DNA from: Dictyostelium discoideum
Lineage: Eukaryota
Assembly (NCBI GenBank): GCA_000004695.1
Contig: CM000155.2
Span: forward strand, 1,088,001-1,152,000
DNA length: 64,000 nt
Direction: 5' to 3'
Each line of letters opens with the position of its first letter. Within the stretch, counting starts at the first letter, position 1. The position numbers were made by a program, and so were the translations under genes. The notes under the pieces were generated by a model, which worked only from the letters and a program-made list of their open reading frames with translations, made no database searches and had not been told where the DNA came from. Of this stretch, positions 40,085 through 51,830 are shown piece after piece.

Positions 40085-41590
40085 ATTACACTTTTTTTTT
40101 TTTTGATATAAATAAACTATTGTAGTATACAATTAGTATGTTATTTTTATTTATTTTAGGTTTTTTAGTTTTTGTGAATTTAAAATGGTATGTTATTTTA
40201 GATTAGGTAATTAATAATTAATTGGTTCATTTGTGTTTATGCTCCATTCTTTTTTAATTTTTTTGATGGTTTCAGACCATTCGGTTTCTTTTTGAGTTTT
40301 TGTGAGGTTGTTTTTAATTGAGTATTGGTTAAAGTTTGATAATGTTCTTGAATATTCCAATCTTATTAGCTTGTGCCATTTTGATTTTAATATATCATAA
40401 TCTAGTGTTGTGTTGTTTATTTGGTTGTTCCAATTGTCAATTGATTGAGTTATATTGATGTCAAATAATGATTTGTATAACCATATCCATATTTGGTGAA
40501 TAACTAATGAGATTATGTTCCAATATGCATGTGTTCTGACTAGATCAAGATTTGTGTTTATATAATTCCAGTTGAACCTGTATTTTTTATATTGTGCGTT
40601 TTCTGCAAAATGGAAATTAATATTGATAGTTGGATCTGGTTTAAATGCTTTGTTGTTTGTTTGTGGTTTATAAATGAGTGTGTATAATTTTGTTGTTTGG
40701 TTTTTTGTTAGTGACCAGTTTTTGATTCCATTGCAATTTTTATATATAAAATTTTTTAATTTGTCGTGGTTTATGAAGTTGATTGTGTGCTGACAATTGA
40801 AAAACAAATGACCATAGGGATCATTATTCATTTCATTGTTGCAAATGGGGCAAACATTGTTGTGTAGATGATTAATCGGAAGACATCTAGCATGGAATCT
40901 TTGCATTGTATCACGGCCTTTTGGATCTTTTAGCTTTTGAATTTTGACAAATAGTTGGTCGTATGTGTATTTCCATAATAGTTGTATTGATTGTTGGTGC
41001 GACGTAAGAAGTAGATCTGAATATTTCTTGCCAATATAGTCTTTTGATTTACATTGATGATTGTTGAGTATTGTCGAGTAGATTTCTTTGAGTGTTGGTG
41101 GTAGTGAAATATTATTTGTGGTTAATGTTTGAGAGGTTTGGTTTTTTATTAATATTGGTTGAAGGGTTTGAACTTTATCTTTTAGATGTCCAATTTGAGT
41201 TGCATAGTTTTCCCATTCTTTTTTGATTTTTATAAGGTATGGAGAAGAGATTGATTTGTTGATGATTTGATCCATCCAACTTATCATGTATATTGAATTG
41301 TTTGCAGATTTATGCATTTGTAAAAATCTGTTGTATATCCAAATCTTTTGAGCAACTTGTCGTAATTGTATATTCCACATACCCCAACCACCTTCTTTTA
41401 ATGGTTTTAATGATCTATCATAACACATCAAAGGTATTTTTGCACGTGAATGGATGGTTGATGTGTTGTTTTCAATGGAATTGGTATTGAGAGTTGGTGA
41501 TTCAGAATTTGCGGAAGAATTCATAAACCATGAGATTAATTTATTAATTTGAATTTCTTCATCTTTTGTAAATTCTTCAAGGTATGATAT
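40085..41590 (-). mobile_element. Second, diverged TRE3-type element fragment (ORF2 C-terminal third), 5'-truncated next to tRNA-Ser copy 3
   Basis: ORF 40211..41524(-) ..KEGGWGMWNIQLRQVAQKIWIYNRF..RDTMQRFHARCLPINHLHNNVCPICNNEMNNDPYGHLFFNC.. is about 45% identical to the C-terminal part of the plus-strand element (..VGGWNIWNIELRQLAQKLWIINQF..RFHARCLPINYLHNKQCPLCKEDMSKDPYGHLFFSC). It begins about 40 bp downstream of tRNA copy 3. The shared junction flank is tttacgaacttcggatatatcatac. A T14 run on the plus strand at about 40085 marks the element's poly(A). Confidence 0.65.
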
Positions 41591-41629
41591 ATCCGAAGTT
41601 CGTAAACTTGTGATTCATTCAAAAGGAAT

Positions 41630-41711
41630 CGACATCGGCAGGGTTCGAACCTGCGCCTCCTAGGAGATTTGATTTCAAGTCAAACGCGTTAGACCACTTC
41701 GCTACGATGTC
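41630..41711 (-). tRNA. tRNA-Ser (UGA), copy 3 of 4
   Basis: Identical 82-nt sequence to the other copies. The 5' leader is shared with copy 2. Confidence 0.85.
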
Positions 41712-41759
41712 TTTGATGAAAATCAAAATTTATAGCTGAAATACTATTAGAAATAGGGA

Positions 41760-42423
41760 GATCGAAAAAAACAAACAACAACAACAATCTCTTTTTTTGA
41801 TTATTTCATTTTTCATATAAAAAAGACTTAAAAAACAAATAAATAAATAAATAAACTATTTTAAAAAGCCATCTTTTTACTTTATTGTAATTTATTATTT
41901 GTTTCGTTTTGAGAATTTTGCGTAGCAAAATTTTCAAAAAAAAAGCAAAAAATAATCAGATCGAAAAAAACAAACAACAACAACAATCTCTTTTTTTGAT
42001 TATTTCATTTTTCATATAAAAAAGACTTAAAAAACAAATAAATAAATAAATAAACTATTTTAAAAAGCCATCTTTTTACTTTATTGTAATTTATTATTTG
42101 TTTCGTTTTGAGAATTTTGCGTAGCAAAATTTTCAAAAAAAAAGCAAAAAATAATCAGATCGAAAAAAACAAACAACAACAACAATCTCTTTTTTTGATT
42201 ATTTCATTTTTCATATAAAAAAGACTTAAAAAAAAAATAAATAAATAAATAAACTTTTTTAAAAAGCCATCTTTTTACTTTATTGTAATTTATTATTTGT
42301 TTCGTTTTGAGAATTTTGCGTAGCAAAATTTTCAAAAAAAAAGCAAAAAATAATCAGATCGAAAAAAACAAACAACAACAACAATCTCTTTTTTTGATTA
42401 TTTCATTTTTCATATAAAAAAGA

Positions 42424-42425
<2 letters not shown>
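41760..42425 (+). repeat. Tandem array, about 199-bp unit x 3.3 (TRE5-A A-module-type 5' repeats)
   Basis: The unit starts with gatcgaaaaaaacaaacaacaacaacaatctctttttttgattatttcatttttcatataaaaaagactt.. at 41760, 41958, 42158 and 42357. Copies are nearly identical, followed by A55 (42426-42480). The array begins 48 bp upstream of the 5' end of tRNA copy 3. Confidence 0.8.
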
Positions 42426-42484
<59 letters not shown>

Positions 42485-42559
42485 GGAACCAAGTTAATTA
42501 GAAAATTTCCAGATTTTTAACTTTTTAAAGAAAAATAAAAAAGATAGAAAGAAAATAAA

Positions 42560-43894
42560 ATGAAAATCACAAACAACACCACAAATATTAAGCAACACAA
42601 ATGCCTACAAAAAATAAGCGAAATTGTGGATAAAACTCAATTAAAAAAAAAACAATTCAAATACGTCATAAACATCAATCACGAACCAGACGATAAAATA
42701 AAAAAAGATTTAGAAAAAAGTTTGGACAAAAAAGATGTTTTAATCAAAAGTAATAATACATTCAAAATTCTCACAGACAGTATTAGTACAGTAATCTATT
42801 TTGTAAATATGTTTGATGCAGAATTAAAAGGACAATTTATAACCACTATAAGACCAAAAAATATGTATACAGATTTTGATTGGTATAAATCACTCACAGA
42901 AATAGAATGGGTAATAGAAAATGAAGGATGTAAACTAATTAAATCAGAAATTAAAGGCGAAACTCTAATTATCAAAACAGTGAAAAGAGTCGTAGAAGAA
43001 TTTGACACTATCATTGAACTAGACAATCTAACATTAATTGGACACTCCAACAAAGGATGGAGAGATCAAACCTCATTACCAGAAAATCAAGAAGAAAACA
43101 AAAATAAAAAACAATCAGATGAACAACAACCACAATCTACATCAGAACAAATACCAAAACAAGGAAAAAGAACAATCATTATCCCACCAATCACATCCTC
43201 ATCTAATGATAAAACATTTATGGCCCTAGATGATACAGCTCAAAAGGTAATAGAAGCATCACTAGAAAACGTAGATGAACTAACAAGAATAGAGAATGAG
43301 ATCAATACACAATCGATAAACAATCAAGAAATTAAAACAAAATCAGAAAAACCTATCGAACCACCATCTCCATACAATACACCAATAAAACAACACGGCG
43401 AAACAAAGGGACTAACAACGGAAGAAAAACTTAGAGAGGCAAATGATATCTTCGACTTCACCAGCCCAAACACTGATGCAATAAGAAAAATAGAATTCCC
43501 ACTTTCAATCCCTTCAAATCAATGGTTCTTCTCCTCTCCAATAAAACATATCATGAGTTTCAGCCCAACCTATGGTACACCATCGAAAATTATCGATTCA
43601 CCAAGTAAATTGTTAAACACACCAAAAAAGAAACAACAAGACAAAACAAACAAGACCAACAAAACACCAGTCAAACCAAAATTGGGTGAATATGGACAAA
43701 AAAGCATAAAAACAAAAATGGATGAAGATATAGACAACTTCAACAAGGAAATTCTAAAACAAATCAATAAATCAAAAAACCCCACAAACACACAAGACCA
43801 ACAACACAATGAACAAAGTAAAGATCAGTTAGAAGACAAAATAAACCAGAAACTTCAAAAGGTAGATAAAAATCTACCCCAAATAAAACTATAA
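42560..43894 (+). CDS. TRE5-A ORF1 protein (about 51 kDa), intact 444-codon ORF
   Basis: Uninterrupted ORF MKITNNTTNIKQHKCLQKISEIVDKTQLKKKQFKYVININHEPDDKIKK... A second truncated copy of its first 64 codons (identical) lies at 44290..44490. Confidence 0.7.
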   Translation: MKITNNTTNIKQHKCLQKISEIVDKTQLKKKQFKYVININHEPDDKIKKDLEKSLDKKDVLIKSNNTFKILTDSISTVIYFVNMFDAELKGQFITTIRPKNMYTDFDWYKSLTEIEWVIENEGCKLIKSEIKGETLIIKTVKRVVEEFDTIIELDNLTLIGHSNKGWRDQTSLPENQEENKNKKQSDEQQPQSTSEQIPKQGKRTIIIPPITSSSNDKTFMALDDTAQKVIEASLENVDELTRIENEINTQSINNQEIKTKSEKPIEPPSPYNTPIKQHGETKGLTTEEKLREANDIFDFTSPNTDAIRKIEFPLSIPSNQWFFSSPIKHIMSFSPTYGTPSKIIDSPSKLLNTPKKKQQDKTNKTNKTPVKPKLGEYGQKSIKTKMDEDIDNFNKEILKQINKSKNPTNTQDQQHNEQSKDQLEDKINQKLQKVDKNLPQIKL

Positions 43895-44190
43895 AGAAAA
43901 ACACAATAAGAATAGGTGTTTGGAACGTCCAAGGATCCAACACCATCCAATCTGCCAGCATAATAAACACCGTTTTAGACAACAACAAGCTGGACGCAGC
44001 ACTTCTAACTGAAACAAATATAAAAACAAATAAAATTTACTCAATAAATCAACAATATAAAAACAAAATAACACACCACGCACCAATTGATAAAACAGGA
44101 CAAGGGGTGTCACAAATCATCATCAACACCCGCAATAGAACTTCCTAAACATCTCAAAAAATACAATAATTCACTCAGTACTTTCTATAA

Positions 44191-44243
<53 letters not shown>

Positions 44244-44248
<5 letters not shown>

Positions 44249-44940
44249 CAAGTTAATCAGAAAAATAAAAAAGATAGAAAGAAAATAAAATGAAAATCAC
44301 AAACAACACCACAAATATTAAGCAACACAAATGCCTACAAAAAATAAGCGAAATTGTGGATAAAACTCAATTAAAAAAAAAACAATTCAAATACGTCATA
44401 AACATCAATCACGAACCAGACGATAAAATAAAAAAAGATTTAGAAAAAAGTTTGGACAAAAAAGATGTTTTAATCAAAAAGACCCTGTAAAAAAAAAAAA
44501 AAATAAAATGAGATCTAGCATCTCAAGGAGAAGCAAATAATAATTGCGTTATCCAATTCAAAAAAAAAAAAACTATTAGAAATAGGAGTAAAAGATAGTT
44601 TTGAAGTAATAGTAATAGTGAATTGAAGTTATCATTGCCCCATGCACATGATTTCAGTTTTTCGAAAGATTGCTAGATTATCATGTGAAGTTTCTTCTTA
44701 CAGCATATAATCTTCGGCATCCTCTGTTTGCATATATAAATATCTCTTGTAGCAAACCACGTTTATCTAATATGCAAGAGCATAAAACTTGCAAGCATTC
44801 CAGGTTCTTGCTCCCTTACTATATATGAGCTAACGTTCTCTACTTCCTCATAAGGTTGGTGGCCTTGCAAGCACTAACTCCTTCCTTATTCTTGACCGAC
44901 ACCATTTCTTATTATTACTATTATTATTATAAACGAAAAA
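44244..44940 (+). mobile_element. Second TRE5-A fragment: 5'UTR end + first 66 codons of ORF1 fused to a lower-AT non-coding 3' module (C-module-like)
   Basis: 44244-44490 duplicates 42500-42750 (..aagatagaaagaaaataaaATGAAAATCACAAACAACACC..), then breaks at KKDVLIK|KTL*. A roughly 450-bp unique-complexity segment (44500-44940) follows, a typical internally deleted TRE5-A derivative. Confidence 0.55.
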
Positions 44941-45094
44941 TTGTTTTTATATTCTATTTTTTTTTATTTTTATTTTTTATTTTCTGTTTTCTGTTTTAAA
45001 AAACCGAACTTCATTTTTTTTTTTACCTAAAAGCGGTGTAAAACCGAACTTCGTAAAATATCAATATATTTTACACGATTCATTGAAAAGGTAT

Positions 45095-45176
45095 CGACAT
45101 CGGCAGGGTTCGAACCTGCGCCTCCTAGGAGATTTGATTTCAAGTCAAACGCGTTAGACCACTTCGCTACGATGTC
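45095..45176 (-). tRNA. tRNA-Ser (UGA), copy 4 of 4
   Basis: Identical 82-nt sequence. The 5' leader is ..ttttcatcaaag, and the 3' flank has a ttacgaagttcgg ex-B-like box. Confidence 0.85.
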
Positions 45177-45424
45177 TTTGATGAAAATTGAATTTAAGTG
45201 CATGTAATTTTTTTACTACTCAAATTCAAATTTTTTATCACTTTGGTCCGTTCAAAATTTTTTTTCTACTTCAGTTCCAGCTGGCCTAAAAAACATCAAC
45301 AAAACAGAAACAGAAACATCAACAAAAACAACAGCATCCAAAGCTTATAACAAAACAATTTTTTTTTTTTTTGATTAATATTTAAATTAAATTTTTTAAT
45401 CATTTTAAAACAAATAACTTAATC

Positions 45425-45461
<37 letters not shown>

Positions 45462-46650
45462 TCTTGATTGTGGATATATACACAAATTCCAGCTGATTTT
45501 TTAAAATGTACTTTGGAAAATCTAAACTCAATTATTTTTCTTGTTCATATTCAACTAATAAATTCTATTTTAAAAAAAAAAACAAAATTATTGTTTGCTT
45601 TTATTTTTTTCATTTTGATGTTTTTTCTTTTTTTATTTTAGTGTTCTTTATTTATTTATTTTGATATTCTTTTTTTTATTTTTTTTTTTTTTTTGAAAAC
45701 AAGGAATTGCAAAGATAAAGTTTCGGGAAGGCTCTGAAATAAAAAAAAAAAAATTGAAAAATAAAAAAAATTTGAAAAAATATTTAAGGCTCTGAAATAA
45801 AAAAAAAAAAAAATCCAACTTTTAATAATAACTATTGTAATAAATAAAATGTCAATAAAAAAATTTTTCAAAAATAAAAAAAATAAACTTTCAAACCTCT
45901 ATGCCAATTATTTGTTTACAAAAAATTTTAAAATGTAAATAAGGAAAAAAAAAAAAAAGAAAAAAAGAAATTATAAAATGAAAAATATCTTGGGTGGTTG
46001 GTGATTATTTTGGGAGTGGGCGAAAAAAAAAAATTAATGAAAAAAAAAATTATAAAAATCTTTTTAGCCCCATCCCAAACCAATCTATTATTAATGAAAA
46101 AAAAAATAAAAAAAAGAAAACCAATCCAAATGATCTCTCTCAAAAAAAAACATTACTTTCACTTATATTAGGGAATAAAAGTTATTATTACGCTATAAAA
46201 ATAGAAAATAAACTTTACCATAAATTTTTTAAAAATGGTTTTTTTTTTTTTTTTTTTTATTTTTTTTATTTTTTTTATAAAAATCTTTTTTTTGATAAAA
46301 TCTCATTCTTTTTTCCAAATGTATCAATGTTCTCAGATTATTATAATAAAAAACTCTTGTAAATAAAAAAAGACCTCAGAGTTTTACGAATTTTTTGGTA
46401 AGTGTTTTATTTTATTTTATTTTTTTTTTATTTTTTTTTTTATTTTTTTTTTTTTTTCCACCAAACCAAAATTTGCATTTTATATATCGTAATTTTTGAT
46501 CAAAAATAGTTTTTGATTTTTATTTTTTTTTTTTAAATTTTTATTTTTTATTTTATTTTTTCTTTTTTCTTATTTTCTTTTTAATATTATTATTTTAATT
46601 ATTATTTTTTTTTTTTTTTTTAAAAAATAAAAAATTTTGATTAAATAATA

Positions 46651-48344
46651 ATGATTTTTAATAATTTAAAAAATCAAAATAAAATTATAAATTTTTTAAT
46701 AATATTTTATTTTTTAAGTTTTTTAAAACAAATTGAATCTCAATCAATCAATATCACATCATCATCATCCTCTTGGCAATGTAGAGGTGATTTAGTATAT
46801 AGAAATGTATCAAATAGAATAGAAGATGAAAAAATTGGTTTTAATTTTGTACAATATAATGGAACCTATCAATCTTGTGTAATTCCTTGTCCATCACCTT
46901 TTTTTACAATTAATGAATGGAATAAATTTTTAAATATGTCATTAGTAATGGGTACAATTTCATTTTTTAGTGGATTATTTCTTTTAGTAACCTATAGCCC
47001 AATTGTAAATAAAACACATAATAGACATACCATTGGTGTAATGTGTATGAGTTTTGGTGTTTGTTTAGCAATGTGTTCAGATATGTGGAATTTTGGTTCA
47101 AATTTTACTGAAAAATCAATTTGTCCTTCACCTGGTCAATATTTATCAACTTCAAATGCAAGATGTTTAAGTTCAGGTAATTATTTATATTACTTTATTA
47201 TTATTATTATTATATTAAAAAAAGTTTTTTTATTTTTATAAATTAATTATTAAATTTATTTAAATAATTTTTTTGTATGTATATATTATTAGGAATTTTT
47301 TTACAATTTGGAGGTGTATTTGGATTTTTAAATTGGACATTACTTAGTTTCGATTTATTTATGAATATAAAAGGAATAATAACAAAAAATTATGATAAAT
47401 ATTATGTTAGTGGTACTTTTATTATTGCAATTATATTTACATTTGTACCAATTGTTAATGACCAATATTCAATGAGTTATATAGGATTAGGTTGTTGGTT
47501 AGGTTCTGCAATGTATCAATTAATTTTCTTTTGGATATTATTATCAATTTGTTTAATCGTATCAAGTGTATTTATAATTTTAATTTTAAAAGAAGTTTAT
47601 ATTGTAAATATTTTTAATTTATTATATTTTAATTTCAATAATTTTTATTATTATAATTTAGTCTAATTATTTTTTTTTTTTTTTAATGATTTTTTTTTTT
47701 TTTTTTTTTTAATTTTAAAAAAAAAAGATTATTAAATTATCAAAACAAAAAACCTCATTAAAAGGTAATATAAGACCATTGATATGTATTTCAATAACAG
47801 GTTTTGCATTTTTTTATATGTTTTTTTATTATATATCAATTGTAGTTGAAGGTGATTATTATGAAAGAGTATTAAATGAATATACTGATTGTTTAATGGA
47901 TCCAACAAAAGATATTTCAGAATGTAAATCTCCAAGAATGTCAGTAGCAAGTGAATTTGTATTTTTATTATGTTTGAGATTATTAGGAATCGGTGCTTTT
48001 ATATTTTATGGTATGTTTTTTTTTTTTTCTAAACAATTCTTTTAAAATAATAAAAAAATTAATTAACCAACCCATTTATAAAATTATATATAGGAATAAA
48101 TAATAAAGTTAAAAAGATTTGGTTAAATTCATATTGGTTTAATAATAGTTTTGTTGAAAAATATATTAGCAGAAAATCGGCTGATAATGATAAATCAAAT
48201 TCAAATGGATCAAAAGTTTTATATCGAACTAATAATACTAATAATAATGGTTCATTTAATACTGGTCTTGAATCTTCAATAATTGAAATGTCAACAAATA
48301 GCAACAAAGAAGAGTCTTCATTAAATAGTGTAGATGAAATTTAA
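46651..48344 (+). CDS. Frizzled/Smoothened-like (class F) 7TM receptor without CRD (Dictyostelium fsl family-like), 4 exons, paralogue 1
   Basis: Exons 46651..47176, 47293..47603, 47728..48010, 48094..48344. A signal peptide is followed by a short Cys-containing ectodomain (QCRGDLVYRNVS..YQSCVIPCPSPFF) and seven hydrophobic helices. The TM3 region FLQFGGVFGFLNWTLLSFDLFMNIKG parallels frizzled [26 protein letters not shown]. The post-TM7 motif GINNKVKKIWLNSYWF resembles the K-T-x-x-x-W motif. Confidence 0.65.
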
Positions 48345-48882
48345 AATAAAATATTGTTTTTTATAAAAAAAAAAAAAAAAAAAAAAAAAATAATAAATCC
48401 ATAAAAAAAAAGAAAAAAAGAAAAAAAGAATTATATTTACTTTTAGTTTTTTATATTTTTTATAGGTCTAAAAATAAAAATTTAGATTTTTTAATAAAAA
48501 AAAAAAAAGTTTTCACACAAACTTAAGTTTCTGTGGGTAAAACTTTATAAAGTTATTATTTTTAATTTTAAAGATATATATTAATTACATTTTTTTTTTT
48601 TTTATATTCTTTAATTTCTAATTTTTTTTTTTTTTAATTTTAAAAAGGTGGTTCTTTGGTGGTAAACAATGTTTTGGAAAAAAAAAAAAATATCTTTTTT
48701 TTTTTTTTTTTTTTTAAATGGGTGGAATTAAAAAAGCCATTTTTTTTCAAGTCCATGTTTTAAACAATCTTAACCCTAAATTTTTAAAAATTAATTAATT
48801 CAATTGCAAAGATTATTATAATAAATTTTTTTACCGAGAAAAATAGTTTAATCAAACTTTTTTGGTTCATTGACTTCATTTT

Positions 48883-48919
<37 letters not shown>

Positions 48920-48949
48920 CAATAAAATTCTTACCTCAAATCTTATTAC

Positions 48950-49049
<100 letters not shown>

Positions 49050-49103
49050 TTTATTTTTTTTATTTTTTAACATTTTTAAAAAAAAAATTCTTTTAAAATA
49101 ATA

Positions 49104-50883
49104 ATGATTTATATTTTAAAAAATTTTATAATAATATTATTTTTTTTATTAATTATTTTAAAACGAATCGAATCTCAATCTCTACCATCTCTACCATCTC
49201 CCACAATTTATAAATCATCACAATGTAGAGGTGATTTGGTGTATAGAAATGTATCAAATAGAATGGAAGATGAAAAAATTGGTTTTACTTTTGTACAATA
49301 TAATGGAACCTATCAATCTTGTGTAATACCTTGTCCATCACCATTTTTTACACTTGATGAATGGAACAAATTTTTATATATGTCATTAGTAATGGGTACA
49401 ATTTCATTTTTATGTGGATTATTTCTTTTAATAACCTATAGTCCAATTGTAAATAAAACACATAATAGACATACCATTGGTGTAATGTGTATGAGCTTTG
49501 GTGTTTGTTTAGCAATGTGTTCAGATATGTGGAATTTTGGTTCAAATTTTACTGATCAAAAATCAATTTGTCCTTCACCTGGTCAATATTTAACAACCTC
49601 AAATTCAAGATGTTTAGGTTCGGGTAATTATTTATATTATATTATTATTAATATTATTTTTATAAAGAAATATAAATTAACAATATAAATTTAAGGAATT
49701 GTCTTACAATTTGGAGGAGTTTTTGGGTTTTTAAATTGGACATTACTTAGTTTCGATTTATTTATGAATATAAAAGGAATAATTACAAAAAATTATGATA
49801 AATATTATTTTGTTGCAACATTTATTATTGCAATTATATTTACATTTGTACCAATTGTTAATGACCAATATTCAATGAGTTATATAGGATTAGGTTGTTG
49901 GTTAGGTTCTGCAGTGTATCAATTAATTTTCTTTTGGATATTATTATCAATTTGTTTAATCGTATCAAGTGTATTTATAATTTTAATTTTAAAAGAAATT
50001 TATATAGTAAATTATTATTATTATTATTATTAATATATACAATCAATAACACACATGCACATAAATATTCTAATTCAAACTTTTTTTTTTTTTTTTTTTA
50101 CATATTGTTAACAAATAAAAAAGATAATTAAACAATCAAAACAAAAAACTTCATTAAAAGGTAATATAAGACCATTATTATGTATTACAGTTACTAGTTT
50201 TGCATTTTTTTATATGTTTTTTTATTATATATCAATTGTAATCGAAGGTGATTATTATGAAAGAATATTAAATGAATATACTGATTGTTTAATGGATCCA
50301 ACAAAAGATGTTTCAGAATGTAAATTTCCAAGAATGTCAGTAGCAAATGAATTTGTATTTTTATTATGTTTAAGATTATTAGGAATCGGTGCCTTTATAT
50401 TTTATGGTATGTTAATTATTTTTTTTTTTTAAAAAAAAAAAATTAAAAAAAAAAAAAAAAAAAAAAAATCTTGTGATTTGGTTGATCAAAAAAAAAATAA
50501 AATAAAAAATTTTCGAAATTATTCAGTTATAAGATATTTAATATTTTTCTAAAGTACCACCACACTGGTTCGCAGGCACTAATTAAAAGAATTTTTTTTT
50601 TTTTTTTTTTATTTTTAAAAAATTATTTAATGAAGGTATAAACAAAGAAGTTAAAAAAATATGGTTAAATTCATTTTGGTTTAATAATAGTTTTGTTGGT
50701 AAATATATTGGCAGTAAAAGGTCAATGGGTAATGATATTACAAATTCTTATGCGTCAAAAGCATATAGTAAAAATTATAATAATAATAATTCTATTAATT
50801 CATATAATTCAGGTTTAGAATTATCAATAATAGACATGTCCTGTAATAAAGATGATAATTTTAAGCCAATAATCATAAAATGA
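49104..50883 (+). CDS. Frizzled/Smoothened-like 7TM receptor, paralogue 2 (tandem duplicate of 46651..48344), 4 exons
   Basis: Exons 49104..49623, 49696..50006, 50124..50406, 50636..50883. The exon lengths match paralogue 1 exactly (311 and 283 nt internal exons) and the intron phases are identical. The TM core is nearly identical (e.g. HTIGVMCMSFGVCLAMCSDMWNFGSNFT identical). The divergence is in the N-terminal ectodomain and C-tail. Confidence 0.65.
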
Positions 50884-50974
50884 AAAATTAAAAATCCTTA
50901 AAAATTAAAATTATAAATTATAATAATAATAAAAAACGAACTATATAAAAATCTTGCTCGTACTATAATATCAT

Positions 50975-51037
<63 letters not shown>

Positions 51038-51493
51038 CCGGCAAAAAAAACCTTTTTGGTTTTTTAAACCAAGTTGCCCAAAAAACCCAAAATTCACACC
51101 ATATAAATTAATTTTTTTTTAAAAAAAAAAAAAAAAAATTTTGATTGGGGGGCCCAAAAGGGACTTTTTTTCAAAAAGAGAAAAAAAAAAAATCTCATGA
51201 TTGGTCAAAAAAAAAAAATCTCATGATTGAAAAAAAAAAAAAAAAAAAAAAAACAAAAAAAAATTTCCAAAAAATTTGAAAAAATTTGATTCAAACCATC
51301 AAATTAAGTAAAATATCTCCAATCACAAATTTTTTTAACTATTCCCCAATATTTTTTTCCTCATTTTTTTTATTTTTATTTTTGTTCATATTTTTTTTTT
51401 TTTTTTTTTTTTTTTCTTCTTCACAACAACACACAACAACACAAAAACCCTACAAATACAAAACAATTTTTTTCTTTTCTTTTTTTTTCTTTT

Positions 51494-51535
<42 letters not shown>

Positions 51536-51830
51536 TTTTATAATTTTATAAAATATATATTTATATATTATTTTTTTTTTTTTTAATATTTTATAATAAT
51601 AATAAATATATATTTTTTTTTTATAATATAATTTTTATTTTATTTTTTTCATAAAATTAGATTAATTTAATTTTTTTTAAAACAATATTTTGTAAAAAAA
51701 ATCTGGTTTATCTAAATTAATCTAATTTTTTTTTTTTTCCAAAATAAAATAAAAATAATCAAATTTTGTTTTTTTTATACACAATTTTGATTAATAATTT
51801 TAAAAAAATAAAAAAAATAAAAAAAAAAAA

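Larger units (their letters stand above)
41760..44243 (+). mobile_element. TRE5-A-type non-LTR retrotransposon (tRNA-upstream-inserting), A-module array + ORF1 + 5' stub of ORF2, terminated by poly(A)
   Basis: The position (48 bp upstream of tRNA) and modular architecture match established TRE5-A biology. ORF1 is 42560..43894 (444 aa). Downstream, the out-of-frame piece RIGVWNVQGSNTIQSASIINTVLDNNKLDAALLTETNIK.. (43905-44150) is the N-terminus of an APE-type endonuclease (ORF2), cut off by A-rich sequence at 44190-44243. Confidence 0.7.

Noticed and set aside
41760-42425. Regular tandem repeat that could superficially look like a CRISPR array
   Set aside because: This is a eukaryotic genome. 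The unit is 199 bp with no unique spacers (the copies are whole-unit identical). The array sits exactly where TRE5-A A-modules are expected, 48 bp upstream of a tRNA.
45994-46362. 122-aa plus-strand ORF (MVGDYFGSGRKKKINEKKNYKN..); similar low-complexity ORFs at 11146..11343, 13227..13409, 16963..17154, 25622..25874, 35974..36171, 51286..51543, 53858..54196, 56346..56801, 58455..58727
   Set aside because: These are K/N/F-rich translations of A/T homopolymer intergenic DNA or antisense of the coiled-coil gene. They have no splice-consistent context or domain content.
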